DNA of 64,000 nucleotides, from the NCBI RefSeq assembly GCF_001194135.2, contig NC_068981.1, forward strand, positions 120,892,242 through 120,956,241, written 5' to 3'. The notes under the pieces are model-generated. The model was not told where the DNA came from. It was given only the letters and a program-made list of their open reading frames with translations, and did not search any database. The position numbers were made by a program, and so were the translations under genes. Each line of letters starts with the position of its first letter. Position 1 is the stretch's first letter. This document shows, piece after piece, positions 55,349 through 63,196 of this stretch. The DNA comes from Octopus bimaculoides. Its lineage: Eukaryota.

Positions 55349-58028
55349 TCATCATCAGCCTTTAATGTCTGTTGGTCTATTTGACCAGAGCTGGAAAACA
55401 GAAGTTTCAATCTGACTTGGCTTGGTTTCTATGGCTGGATACCCTTCCTAACACCAACCACTTCACAGTGTGTGCTGGGTGCTTTTAACATGCCACCAGC
55501 ATGAGTGCTTGCATGTGGCACTGACATGAATGCTTTTTACATGGCACCATCACAGGACTCCTGTAGGTTAATCCTCTTCGCCAGGGGATGCAGCTTTAAC
55601 ACTTCTGCTGTGGAGGACAAGACATCTTGTGTACAGCAAGGTGCCAGGTATTTCCATCCTTTGTCATCTTGTCCAAATATATATATCGTTTTAATATTTC
55701 ACTTGAGCATTGCACAACTAATAACCTGGTGTAGAACTCAGTATACATATGCTTCTGAACAAAGCTTTAGTCAAACACAGAATGTTAGTAAGAAAATGTG
55801 ATGACAAGGGAATAAATGATTATCTTACGAACTTTATTAGCATTGAAGCCTCAAAGATGAAGTGCAATTTATTTCATATTGCACTTCATATTCGCGGCTC
55901 TATTGCAGCTATTAAGTATTACTAAGGCACTCATTTATAAATCCAATGCATCTTATGCCAGAAACAGCTGTAAGCCAATGAAATTCATAAGATAATCATT
56001 CATTCTTTTGTCATCTCATTTTCTTATATATGCATACATACACACGTGTGTTTTGAGTTCTGTTTTCCTTTTTGTATTATCAAACCTGTCATTTTCTGTC
56101 TAATTATTTATTCATTTATTTCCAGCCTTAAAAAAACTAAAGACTTTAAAGTTAGGATCATGCCGGCAGCTAACAGACAACTGTTTAACACCTATATCGG
56201 GTAAGCAATTCTGTATATAGATTACGTAACAAGATTACCTACTTCCATGATTATTATCTTTGTCGCTAGAAAAGAAACATTTTCAAAAGTTTACATCTAT
56301 GTTACACTCTCATCAGTTTCATCATAATTGTTATCAAACATATTCATGGATGTGTAAGTAAAAACATTTGTTTCTAAACTCAAAGGAATAACACTTTTTT
56401 TGCACTTGGCCACTGACGCCTATGCTGTCTGGATAAGAGTGTTACTCCTAGTTAAGAACTAAATGTTTCTAATTCAGATCCAGTTCAGTAATATTATAAA
56501 TCAAGTAATAAGACACTTGAGATTAAACTGAGTAGAATGTAGTATAGATCATCATCATCATCATCATTTAATACCTGTTTTCCATGCTGGCATGGGTTGG
56601 ATGTTTTGACTGGAACTGGCCAACCGGGGAGATTCCTAGGCTCTATTTGTCTGTTTTGGCATGGTTTCTATGACTGTATGTCCTTCCTAACACTAACCAC
56701 TTCACAGGGTATACTGGGTGCTTATATAGTGACATTAGCACAAGTGCTTTTGATGTGGCACTGGCACAAGTGCTCTTACTGTGGCACTGGTACAGGTACT
56801 TTTTTATGTGGTACCAGAATAAGTGCTTTTCTATGTGGCACTTGCACTTGCGAGCCCACATGAAAAGACCTCTCAGCCGAGAGAGGGAGTGGGAGGCATG
56901 GCCTAAAGAACATGCCTATATCTATGTATGGATGACCATGATTTTACATATCTTGATGTCTTCTCAAGCATAGCATATCGCCAGAAATCATAGTCCCTTG
57001 TCATTTCCTCTGTGAGGCTCAACATCTGAAGATCCTTTTTTTACGACTTCTTCCCATGGCTTCCTGGGTTTACCCCTTCCACAGGTTCCCTCCACAATTA
57101 GAGATCAGCACTTCTTTATGCTGCTGTCCTCATCCATATGCATCACATGTCCATACCAGTGCAGTAGATATCAGTATGAAAAGCACTACTGATCTCTCTT
57201 AGTAAGATTAATAGTTTGTAAAATTATAGTAGAATAGAACCTCACAGTACGAGTGCCCCATTGTACGAGTAATTAACTGTACAGTCTGAGACTTGCAGCA
57301 TGAGCACACAAATCATTTGATCTTTAAGGTAATTCAGTTAATAAAACCAGTTTACATATTTCTTTTGCATTCTCTTTTTTATTATTGTCATTTTACTTGT
57401 AACTTTATCTTTTCTCTTTTAAAACCCATAAAAAATAATTTTTGGGTGTGTTTGTATGGCTGGAATGGATTAATTATATTTTAGTTAATTTCAATGGGGA
57501 AAATTGATTTGTAAAATGAGTAAATTGTAAGATGGGCTTGGTCATGGAACAAATTAAACTCATACTGCGAGGTATCACTGTATTATTATTAATTCATCAT
57601 TTACATTTCTTTTATGCAGTTTACAAATTAAGCAATTCTTTTTTTTTTATTTTGGTTAAGTAAGTCTTTCTGTATATTAGCGATAGTAATTGTGTTCATA
57701 AACAGCTTTTGTCTGTAAATCTGAGTATTGCCAGCAGAGAAAACATATAAGAACTGAGTTGATGGAGTATCAAATACACAACCAAGATGTTGTTATTGCT
57801 GTTGCAATGTGCCTTACTCAGCAGTAAAACTTGATGGCTGTAAAATTTGAACTTATAACCATTTGGTCAGTAGTCCAGTATTTTAACCTCATAGATCTCG
57901 TCATTTGATTGTCTTATCAATGAATTAAATTATAATTCATGATCATTTATTGCCATTCGTGGTCAGTTATGGTTATACTGATAAAACTGTCACTGATGAA
58001 GGAAAAAAATCCAGAAACACATGCATAG

Positions 58029-58062
<34 letters not shown>

Positions 58063-58849
58063 CAGGATATTTAGCCAATCCTTAAATAAAATTTATAAAA
58101 AATATTCTATCTTTAGTTTTTGCTTTTAATCAGTCAAAATTACAATATTCTTTCTATTTCTCTTGAAAACAAATGTTTGCATGTGTATACACACACACAC
58201 ACACACACACACATATGCACACAGAAAATATTCAGCAACAATGAATTGAAGTTTGCTATGCATGCCAGATGATGGAGGTCTGTGACATGTGGCTGTACAG
58301 TGTGAGGCCTATTCAACTTATGAAAGAACAGACATTGAATGATATTGTTGATGCTAATATGATTATGATGATGGTGGTTGTTGTTTTGTGGTGGTGATGA
58401 GGCTGATGATTGTGTGTGTGTGTGTGAACAATAGCGATAGTATGGGGGTATGTGCTGTAACAAGTCATTGCATCCACCATTTGTTTGTGATTCCATATTC
58501 TTAGTGGATGATTCCTTTGCACCACTTCGCCAACAACCCTCCAACCCATGAGTCTGGTTGGCAAGTTGTTGCAGGTGAGGGTTTTACCAGTCTGGAATGA
58601 AAATTCTAACACAATACAAAATACACAAATATTCTATGAGCTTTGTGGTAGTAATTCTTTTTTATTTTTTTTTTGTTCCCATTTCAGCTCTACAGTCTTT
58701 AGCCACCCTAGTACTGGAGAACACCCGGGTCACAGATGCTGGTATCATTCAGTATATCACTGACATCTCTATGCATCAGCCACCCACACTGAAGTGCCTA
58801 AATCTGAATAGAACATCTTGTACTCATAAGATATTTGGACCACTCACTG
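5545..58849 (+). CDS. Partial multi-exon gene: SHP/VIM/BC-box/LRR protein, probably of the uncharacterised UBA-UBX-LRR family (8 internal exons in window)
   Basis: Eight exons have AG/GT boundaries and polypyrimidine tracts. Splice phases chain consistently (1,1,1,2,2,1,1,1) with no stop codon. The joined peptide includes HSWGQGRRLG, FSGVGMRL, RELAVAAANTR, PSLAQLCLQYIA and LRRs (LVHLSLNSCSLITDSGL, LKTLKLGSCRQLTDNCL, LATLVLENTRVTDAGI, LKCLNLNRTSCT). From memory it resembles fish UBA-UBX-LRR proteins such as zebrafish si:ch73-173p19.1; this needs BLASTP confirmation. Confidence 0.88.
8165..8460 (+). mobile_element. Repeat family C: RTE-type 3' tail element ending in (GAT)n
   Basis: gttggcattaggaagagcatccagc...gtccaacccatgctagcatagaaagcgggcgttaaacgatgatgat. 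Other + copies lie near 6225-6415, 7880-8110, 18690-18883, 19230-19500, 58950-59057 and 62349-62564. Confidence 0.78.
10690..10845. repeat. (GAT)n/(GAC)n microsatellite, tail of a family C copy
   Basis: The triplet repeat directly follows ccaacccattccagcatgggtaaaaagcag. Confidence 0.85.
11491..11838. mobile_element. hAT-type MITE, second copy of the 41081 family
   Basis: TIRs are caggggttct and agaaccattg. The interior aligns by eye with 41081-41421. The 8-bp flanks are ttctaaac and ttctaagt. Confidence 0.75.
17345..17845 (-). mobile_element. Two tandem antisense copies of SINE family B
   Basis: Reverse complement of family B separated by (AAT)n. Other antisense copies lie near 13790-14015, 14050-14165, 25990-26435, 46030-46445 and 47080-47300. 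Confidence 0.75.
20165..20958 (+). repeat. Tandem unit of about 190 bp (at least 2 copies) separated by (TA)n and a gap
   Basis: 20165-20345 and 20757-20957 are highly similar (gccatgatagat..ctgaccactac...gagcgtaggct.gaaac...aaactaatacatccatttgttg). Confidence 0.85.
21400..21840. repeat. Purine-rich compound (GA)n satellite
   Basis: (GA)n runs are interleaved with recurring gagggtgagt(t/a)acagagag and gatggta(a/g) units. Confidence 0.9.
23553..23957 (+). mobile_element. tRNA-derived SINE family A (CORE-like), full copy
   Basis: It has a tRNA-like head with B box (ggttcagtccc), a CORE-like caccttgggcaagtgtctt segment, an internal (TA/TG)n tract and a gtaaaagag tail. It resembles Octopus OR/OK SINEs (from memory). 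Confidence 0.8.
23961..24839. mobile_element. Mariner/Tc1-type non-autonomous element
   Basis: The left end tgtggggtgttgaaaagttcctggcttt is an imperfect inverted repeat of the right end gaagccagcaacatttcagcacccccttg. TA dinucleotides flank both sides. The interior is mostly gap plus an RTE fragment. Confidence 0.65.
24547..24741 (-). mobile_element. RTE LINE RT fragment nested in a mariner-type element
   Basis: Encodes ALFLVRQLQEKYLAKDKPLYLAFVDMEKAFDRVPRSLIWWSMRKLGIEEWLVRAVRAMYRDAASK and runs into an N-gap. Confidence 0.9.
25042..25125 (+). CDS. Coding exon B (acidic linker, 84 nt, phase 1-1)
   Basis: cctcttttcag acceptor and gtaagt donor; translates (N)LEPEIHDDEELYELQDDGLLHPVEAFP, in frame with exons A and C. 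Confidence 0.75.
25200..25976 (-). mobile_element. RTE LINE RT fragment spanning gap 25340-25679
   Basis: 25680-25976 encodes QFGFMPGKSTTDALFLVRQLQEKYL...LVRAV; 25200-25339 encodes QVWKQGLELKGLRVNLAKTKILISRK...GRWPCSVCRKGV. The two pieces are colinear across the gap. Confidence 0.9.
27385..27420 (-). ncRNA. Minimal type I hammerhead candidate with CCGATGA core
   Basis: The minus strand reads TGT-CCGATGA-ACG/GGAA/CGT-GAAA-CTCCGAG-TA-ACA. All three stems pair and the cleavage triplet is GUA. Confidence 0.62.
31753..32280. repeat. Nested inverted-repeat (fold-back/MITE-like) element
   Basis: Outer 60-bp inverted arms are at 31753-31812 and 32221-32280; inner 32-bp arms are at 31903-31934 and 32009-32040. 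Confidence 0.8.
32610..32702 (+). ncRNA. Type I hammerhead ribozyme candidate with extended stem I and CCGACGA core
   Basis: The order is CGAACG-CCGACGA-AGGG/aaataa/CCCT-GAAA-TCCGGA-TC-CGTTCG. Stem I is 6 bp and is extended by CAGCA/TGCTG and TCTCACCA/TGGTGAGA. Stem III is palindromic. Predicted cleavage is after 32673. Confidence 0.72.
32741..33415. other. Assembly gap (largest of 14 N-runs)
   Basis: N-run. Others include 20421-20723, 22505-22838, 24004-24546, 25340-25679, 27274-27373, 31237-31752, 43392-43636, 55046-55315 and 62059-62348. Most abut microsatellites or young repeats. Confidence 0.99.
34637..34750 (+). CDS. Coding exon C (SHP box 2, first half of VIM; 114 nt, phase 1-1)
   Basis: ttgtttcag acceptor and gtaagt donor; translates (A)ELRTGVFSGVGMRLLPEGDPRSETLPEPNTSHMRELA. 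Confidence 0.85.
34783..35368. repeat. Three-arm inverted/direct repeat
   Basis: Arm 34783-34890 is complementary to both 34894-34994 and 35223-35335; the latter two are direct repeats. Confidence 0.8.
36085..36175 (+). mobile_element. CR1/L2-type RT remnant
   Basis: Reads SIFQGSVLEPALCLLFINDLLDTV, a decayed PQGSVLGPxLFxxFINDL motif. Confidence 0.6.
37952..38136. repeat. 185-nt near-perfect hairpin
   Basis: ctggctaatgacacactgt...gggaggtcatcacttccatctctagccttatgtgatacac pairs with gtgtatcatgtaaggctagagatgggagcaatgacctccc...acagtgtgtcattagccag. Confidence 0.85.
38497..38824 (+). CDS. Coding exon D (VIM second half, poly-His/Gln, BC-box, Cul2-box-like; 328 nt, phase 1-2)
   Basis: ttatttctcttccag acceptor and gttagt donor; translates (V)AAANTRHEHQSRSRSPSSQQRHHHHQQQQQHQHHHHRHHHHHHHYSPSVPSLAQLCLQYIAAHFLNPKEHTVPLHGLSEQPAQALLDYLRKEKLLKPRTFRILHAFLP. 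Matches ORF 38496..38879. Confidence 0.9.
38902..39346 (+). mobile_element. SINE family A, young full copy
   Basis: Aligns along its length with 23553-23957, CpGs are retained, and it starts about 80 nt downstream of exon D. Confidence 0.8.
39606..39995 (-). mobile_element. SINE family A, diverged antisense copy
   Basis: Reverse complement of family A body and tail (tcttttacttattttagtcatttgactgcagcc...tctaccaaatccactcacaa). Confidence 0.7.
41081..41421. mobile_element. hAT-type MITE
   Basis: TIRs are cagtggttct and agaaccactg, with a perfect 8-bp target duplication atcaaagc on both sides. Confidence 0.85.
41767..41832 (+). CDS. Coding exon E (first LRR; 66 nt, phase 2-2)
   Basis: catctcttttgcag acceptor and gtatgt donor; translates (C)QLQKLCFDSYAYVTNELLYEI. 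Confidence 0.85.
42716..43190 (+). mobile_element. Two tandem copies of SINE family B
   Basis: Same head, conserved domain and tail as 52160-52870. Another + copy lies at 49671-49886. Confidence 0.8.
43194..43732 (+). mobile_element. SINE family A with N-gap at its internal microsatellite
   Basis: Head at 43194-43391 and tail at 43637-43732 match family A. Confidence 0.8.
43834..43980. repeat. Short inverted repeat of two decayed hammerhead motifs
   Basis: The + arm reads GTCA-CTGAAGA-T-GTCACA/ggatg/TGTGAC-GAAA-GAGT-TT-GGAC (43935-43977). The - arm (43834-43896) is the same motif with an insertion of about 18 nt. Confidence 0.55.
45744..45971 (-). mobile_element. Mariner-derived MITE (228 bp)
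   Basis: TIRs are ttgggttgtctggaaagttcatgcc and ggcatgaactttccagacaacccaa, with TA target duplications. The interior on - reads FAMKLPQFWEEGIFKLKERWRRIMQQNGSYLVD*, a mariner transposase C-terminus. Confidence 0.88.
46492..47056 (+). mobile_element. Repeat family D (about 560 bp, flanked by (AAT)n)
   Basis: An internally deleted direct copy lies at 47362-47670 and an antisense copy at 59655-60208. A 29-bp terminal unit is duplicated at 46493-46550. Confidence 0.75.
47804..48230 (+). mobile_element. SINE family A, diverged copy
   Basis: Head, CORE-like segment and tail are recognisable. Partial copies lie at 4895-5045, 27160-27273, 27780-27915 and 30955-31145. Confidence 0.7.
48558..48740. 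repeat. (CTT)n microsatellite with gap
   Basis: Direct reading. Other large simple repeats: (CTT)n 28685-28748, (ATT)n 9333-9390 and 9548-9698, (CA)-rich 45080-45420, (CT)n 61950-62058. Confidence 0.95.
48790..49150 (-). mobile_element. Third R4/Dong-like 3' fragment
   Basis: ORF 48875..49144 reads EIEIMR...IIASALGTIYQKI...LLLTRLCVHKY, related to the RLE C-terminus. A (TTA)n tract lies just to the left at 48748-48767. Confidence 0.5.
49923..50415 (-). mobile_element. 5'-truncated R4/Dong-like non-LTR retrotransposon (restriction-like endonuclease and 3' UTR)
   Basis: The minus strand encodes HTDREIKANRPDIVVKDH...[51 protein letters not shown], a PD..D..K RLE motif. (ATT)n tracts flank both sides. 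Confidence 0.8.
50464..51480 (-). mobile_element. Older, longer R4/Dong-like fragment
   Basis: 50640-50870 is a diverged paralogue of the RLE region above (ccacatttgggttatctc...gagagtttctccatttcttttagagatacattgtcatctg). The 5' limit is approximate. Confidence 0.6.
52160..52870 (+). mobile_element. Three tandem copies of SINE family B
   Basis: Each unit of about 210 bp has a B box (gagttcaaattcc), the conserved ttgcctttcatcctttcggggtcgataaaataagtacc domain (Meta-SINE-like, inference) and an (ATT)n tail. Confidence 0.8.
52955..53031 (+). CDS. Coding exon F (LRR; 77 nt, phase 2-1)
   Basis: catctccacag acceptor and gtaagc donor; translates (R)MHTNLVHLSLNSCSLITDSGLQPLT, a cysteine-containing (AMN1/F-box type) LRR. 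It is too short for the ORF track. Confidence 0.9.
53294..53975. repeat. Long inverted repeat (arms of about 220 and 260 bp)
   Basis: 53294-53513 is complementary to 53714-53975; the right arm has an insertion of about 40 bp. The inner halves match an internal part of family D. Confidence 0.85.
56126..56200 (+). CDS. Coding exon G (one LRR; 75 nt, phase 1-1)
   Basis: tttatttccag acceptor and gtaagc donor; translates (A)LKKLKTLKLGSCRQLTDNCLTPIS. Confidence 0.9.
56548..56850 (-). mobile_element. Repeat family C, antisense copy with internal tandem units of about 20 bp
   Basis: (CAT)n followed by ttttccatgctggcatgggttgg. Other - copies lie near 7005-7150, 10072-10300, 16055-16330, 23365-23545, 40100-40350 and 55345-55545. 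Confidence 0.75.
57227..57580. mobile_element. pogo/Tigger-like MITE
   Basis: The left end aacctcacagtacgagt is inverted relative to the right end actcatactgcgaggtatcactg, which is followed by TA. Confidence 0.55.
58688..58849 (+). CDS. Coding exon H (two LRRs; 162 nt, phase 1-1)
   Basis: gttcccatttcag acceptor and gtatgt donor; translates (A)LQSLATLVLENTRVTDAGIIQYITDISMHQPPTLKCLNLNRTSCTHKIFGPLT. Within ORF 58597..58908. Confidence 0.9.
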
Positions 58850-59557
58850 GTATGTTGGCATTTTCATTTTATAAGTTTTTCGAATTTTCTTTTTTTTTTC
58901 TTGAGTGAAGGTGGTACAGAGGTGTGGGTGCAGAGAGTATTTGGAATGGGTGGTGTGGAGCCTGGTGTTGCCATCCGGTTTCACCAGTCCTCAGTCAAAT
59001 CGTCCAACCCATGCTAGCATGGAAAGCGGACGTTAAACGATGATGATGATGATGATGATTGTTGTTGTTATTATTATCTTCTTTCAATTTTGTTTCCATT
59101 TCTTGCCGAGTGTCTTCCCAACACCTAGGGCAAAGAAACTTACTGTATACATTAGTAGGCCATCAAAATAAACATACCAGATTGTTCATTTACAAAGTCA
59201 TGTGAGAGAGAAAAGGGGGAAGAAAGACAGTGAAAAAAGAAACAAATGAAAAAAAGAAAACAAAGAAAATAAAGGGGAAAAGGGAAAGAAAATTCACAGT
59301 GACAATGCGTTTCTCAATGCATGTGACATACCAGTTAGGACAATCTTTTACCTTTCCTGCATGGATGGTTAGCCACGGATCATCCTCAAATAATTTTCAG
59401 TTCCCTTTGTGATCATTCCAAGTGTTCCTACAATCACTTGTATTTCATCCTTTCGGGGTCAATAAAACAAGTACCAGTTAAGTGCTGTGGTTAATATAAT
59501 CAACTTACCCGCTCCCTCAACTTGCTGGCCTTGTGCCAAAATTTGAAATCATTATTA

Positions 59558-59621
<64 letters not shown>

Positions 59622-59654
59622 CATCATCATTGTTGTTGTTGTTGTTGCTGTTAT

Positions 59655-60208
59655 TGAGTGAGAGAGCAGTGCATGCCATCACAGTGACACTGGGGTAAAA
59701 TATATGAAACCCAGTATACCCGTCATGACTACCTGTCTGATAAGGGTACACCAGGCACATGCATCACAACCACATGTGCGACATGGTGATCTCATATCAA
59801 GATTAATAACATATGACCTTGCAAGTGGGGGCACAGCTAGAATTTTCTTCAGATCAAGTAGCCCATCCCGCTCAAAAGGTCCCTGAATAAGGGTTGTTTA
59901 AGGACGTTGAACAAAACACCCATGTTTCCAGAGGTGAATTATCCAAACTCCCCCAAATTCCTCTCTATACATGGCTATGATGCTTCCCCACTACTTCTGC
60001 TCATGACCAGAAATGCACATTTCGTCAGCCACTAAGGGAGATGCTCAACTGGTTAAGGTCAAACAACTGACAAGTAACTCTGTGGTATGGAGCAGAATAT
60101 TTGCTGTAGCCCATCTTTTATAGCAAGACAAAACAATGTACATGATAACACTTCCAATCAGTTAAGATCAGAAGCCATGGGAACCACTGCTTGGTACTGC
60201 ATCAACGC
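59655..60208 (-). mobile_element. Repeat family D, antisense full copy
   Basis: Reverse complement of 46492-47056, embedded in (ATT)n tracts on both sides. Confidence 0.75.
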
Positions 60209-60253
<45 letters not shown>

Positions 60254-60565
60254 GCTAGTACATGCTAATATAATTTGCAGGGATCTTATCTTGAGGTTTG
60301 GTGACAACAAGTTTCCTTAAATCTCAAGAATCTTCCTTAGGATTCATGCAGAATAGAGGATGGTACTTTCATGTAGGTTGACAATGTGATTCCAATCTCT
60401 TTCAGTCTATTATTAGCATTTTTGGTGTTGTACCAGTTCTCTTGCTAGATCCTGATATTTCTCAATTTTTTTTTCTATTTCTTTGCTATCGACTCTATGA
60501 TCTTACACTGTTTATTTTGTCCTCTCTAATCATATGCAACCTTCTTGCTTCAATATTATCTTTCA

Positions 60566-60980
60566 CTTTTTACTTGTTTCAGTCATAAGATTGCGGCCAT
60601 GCTGGGGCACCGTCTTGGAAAATTTTTTAGTTGAATGAATCGGGCCCCAGTACCTAGTTTTTGCTAAGCCTGGTACTTGTTCTATCAGGTCTTTTGCTGA
60701 ACTGCTAAGCTACAGGAATGTAAACACACCAGCACTGGTTGTCAAGTGATGGTGTGGAATAAACACGGACACAAACACACACACACACACACACGGACAC
60801 ACACACACACACACACACATATGACGGGCTTCTTTCAGTTTCCATCTACCAAATCCACTCACAAGGCTCTGGTTGGTCCAAGGCTATTGTAGAAGACACT
60901 CAGCCTAGGTGCTATGCAGTGGGACTGAACCCAGAACCATGTGGTTGGGAAGCAAGCCTCTTACCACACAGCCATGCCTG
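60566..60980 (-). mobile_element. SINE family A, antisense full copy
   Basis: Reverse complement of family A with an internal (CA)n tract. Confidence 0.8.
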
Positions 60981-62677
60981 GTCAGTTTTTGTGGGGAAGT
61001 CCTACAATATCTTGCAATTCCTATCTTCTCTCAGCTTCTGGTTCATGTTCATACCACTTTTAGATTGTTTTGAGGCCACACACTTGGCTAACATCCTATT
61101 ACACTCTTTACACAATGCTTGACTGGTCACTGGTTGTTTATTTTATCAACCCAGGAAGGACAAAAAGCAAAATCAACCATGGGAGGATTTGAACTCAGTA
61201 TGCGTGGAACCAAAGGAAATACTTGTGCTACATTTAAGACTGTGTCAGTAAGGAAAGAGAATTTCCAGAAAATCAATATTTAAAAAATCCATGGTACTCA
61301 AATAAAAAACTATGGACAAAATGAAAAATGTATTAAAATTCTTGTTTACCACTTAAAGATGACACACCTCAGAAGAAACATAACATTTTTTCCCTTCCAT
61401 TTTTGTCTAGTTTTTAATTTTCTCATTCCCTTCTCTCACCACCCATACTTCTGTCTTAATGAAGGACTACTGCCTGTTTATTATTGAACTACTTGGATAT
61501 GGCAACGTGTATAGTGTGTCCATGTGCTGTGAATTTGTGTATGTTTATGTGCATTTATGTGTGTCTGTGTGTGTGTGTGTGTGAGTGAGAGAGAGAGAGA
61601 GAGAGAGAAATAGAATACAAGAATCAAGCCAATGCATTGAAACAACTGTAATGGTGGTAGTGAGTATAGTAGTGCCTATGATGATATCCTCATAATGTTG
61701 TTGTTGGTGATGATGATTACTGCAATGTAAGAGCCACTGCTGCTGTTTCCATAGTCAATGAGAAAAGTTGAGAAGAAAAGGAAGAACAATATTTTCTAGT
61801 TTAACTTAAGAAAGTCTATATTTAGGAATGACTGTGTGGTTAAGAAACTCATTTTAGAACCACCTGGTTTTAGGCTAGTGTCTTCCCTTATAGTCTTGGA
61901 ACGACCAATATGAGTAAATTTAGTAGATGGACACTGTGTGGAAGCCCATCATCTCTCTCTCTCTCTCTCCTTCTCTCTCTATCTCTCTCTCCTTCTCTCT
62001 CTCTCTCTCTCTCTCCTCTCTCTCTCCTTCTCTCTCTCTCTCTCCTTCTCTCTCTCTCNNNNNNNNNNNNNNNNNNNNNNNNNNNNNNNNNNNNNNNNNN
62101 NNNNNNNNNNNNNNNNNNNNNNNNNNNNNNNNNNNNNNNNNNNNNNNNNNNNNNNNNNNNNNNNNNNNNNNNNNNNNNNNNNNNNNNNNNNNNNNNNNNN
62201 NNNNNNNNNNNNNNNNNNNNNNNNNNNNNNNNNNNNNNNNNNNNNNNNNNNNNNNNNNNNNNNNNNNNNNNNNNNNNNNNNNNNNNNNNNNNNNNNNNNN
62301 NNNNNNNNNNNNNNNNNNNNNNNNNNNNNNNNNNNNNNNNNNNNNNNNCCATTGCCAGTACCGCCTGACTGGTCTTCGTGCGGGTGACACGTAAAAGCAC
62401 CCACTACACTCTGAGTGGTTGGCGTTAGGAAAGGCATCCAGCTGTAGAAACTCTGCCAAATCAGATTGGAGCCTGGTGTAGCCATCTGGTTTCACCAGTC
62501 TTCATTCAAATCGTCCAACCCATGCTAGCATGGAAAGCGGACGTTAAACGATGATGATGATGATATAAAGTAACAAACTAAGGAAAGGAATTCCTTCAAA
62601 GGGGTGTGTAAAATATCCAATTCACTGGTATGTCAGTTGAATACCACATAAATATGGGTATAATGCAAATTACAAAC

Positions 62678-63169
62678 AATAAATTAAATAGAGAGATTCA
62701 ATTGACAATCCAATAATTTATTTATGTTATAACATAATATACTATGAATAGAATATAACATAAAAAATCATTAAAAAATCAAAATAGTCAACTATTTATT
62801 TCGACTTATATACATTATTTTATTTATAAACAATACATATCCATTTATATAAGTCTTTTCAAAGCTTTGGTTTATAGATAGACAAAATTCCATGTGAAAG
62901 GACAGCTGGATTATAAAAATTGAAATTTCTTTTTTCGATCCAGCCATCCTTTCACACAGAATTTTGTCTATCTGTAAACCAAAGCTCTAAAGAGACTTAT
63001 ATAAGTGGTTATGTATTGTTTATAAATATCAGATAATGTATATAAGTCGAAACAAATTGTTTCTATTTTGGTTTTCTATTGTTTTTTTTTTATATTATAT
63101 TGTATTTATATTATATTATATTATAACAAATTATTGGATTGTCAATTGAACCTCTCTATTTAATTTATT
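62678..63169. repeat. AT-rich fold-back of about 490 bp
   Basis: Arms pair from aataaattaaatagagag / ctctctatttaatttatt inward to gctggat / atccagc, leaving a 26-nt loop at 62912-62937. Confidence 0.85.
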
Positions 63170-63196
63170 ATTTACACACACACACACACACATATA

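Noticed and set aside
55857-55976. 12-bp hairpin plus GAAACAGCTGTA half-hammerhead
   Set aside because: No CUGANGA-like core upstream, so only the 3' half is recognisable.
57987-58035. CTGATGA-AGGAAAAAAATCCA-GAAA-CACAT..ATGTG
   Set aside because: The site after stem III is UG rather than UH, the first stem II pair is A-A, and there is no stem I. At best a dead relic.
20229-62495. Long ORFs in the track that run through X residues
   Set aside because: They are artefacts of N-gaps and (TA)n/(GA)n repeats; only their RTE-derived parts are real coding remnants.
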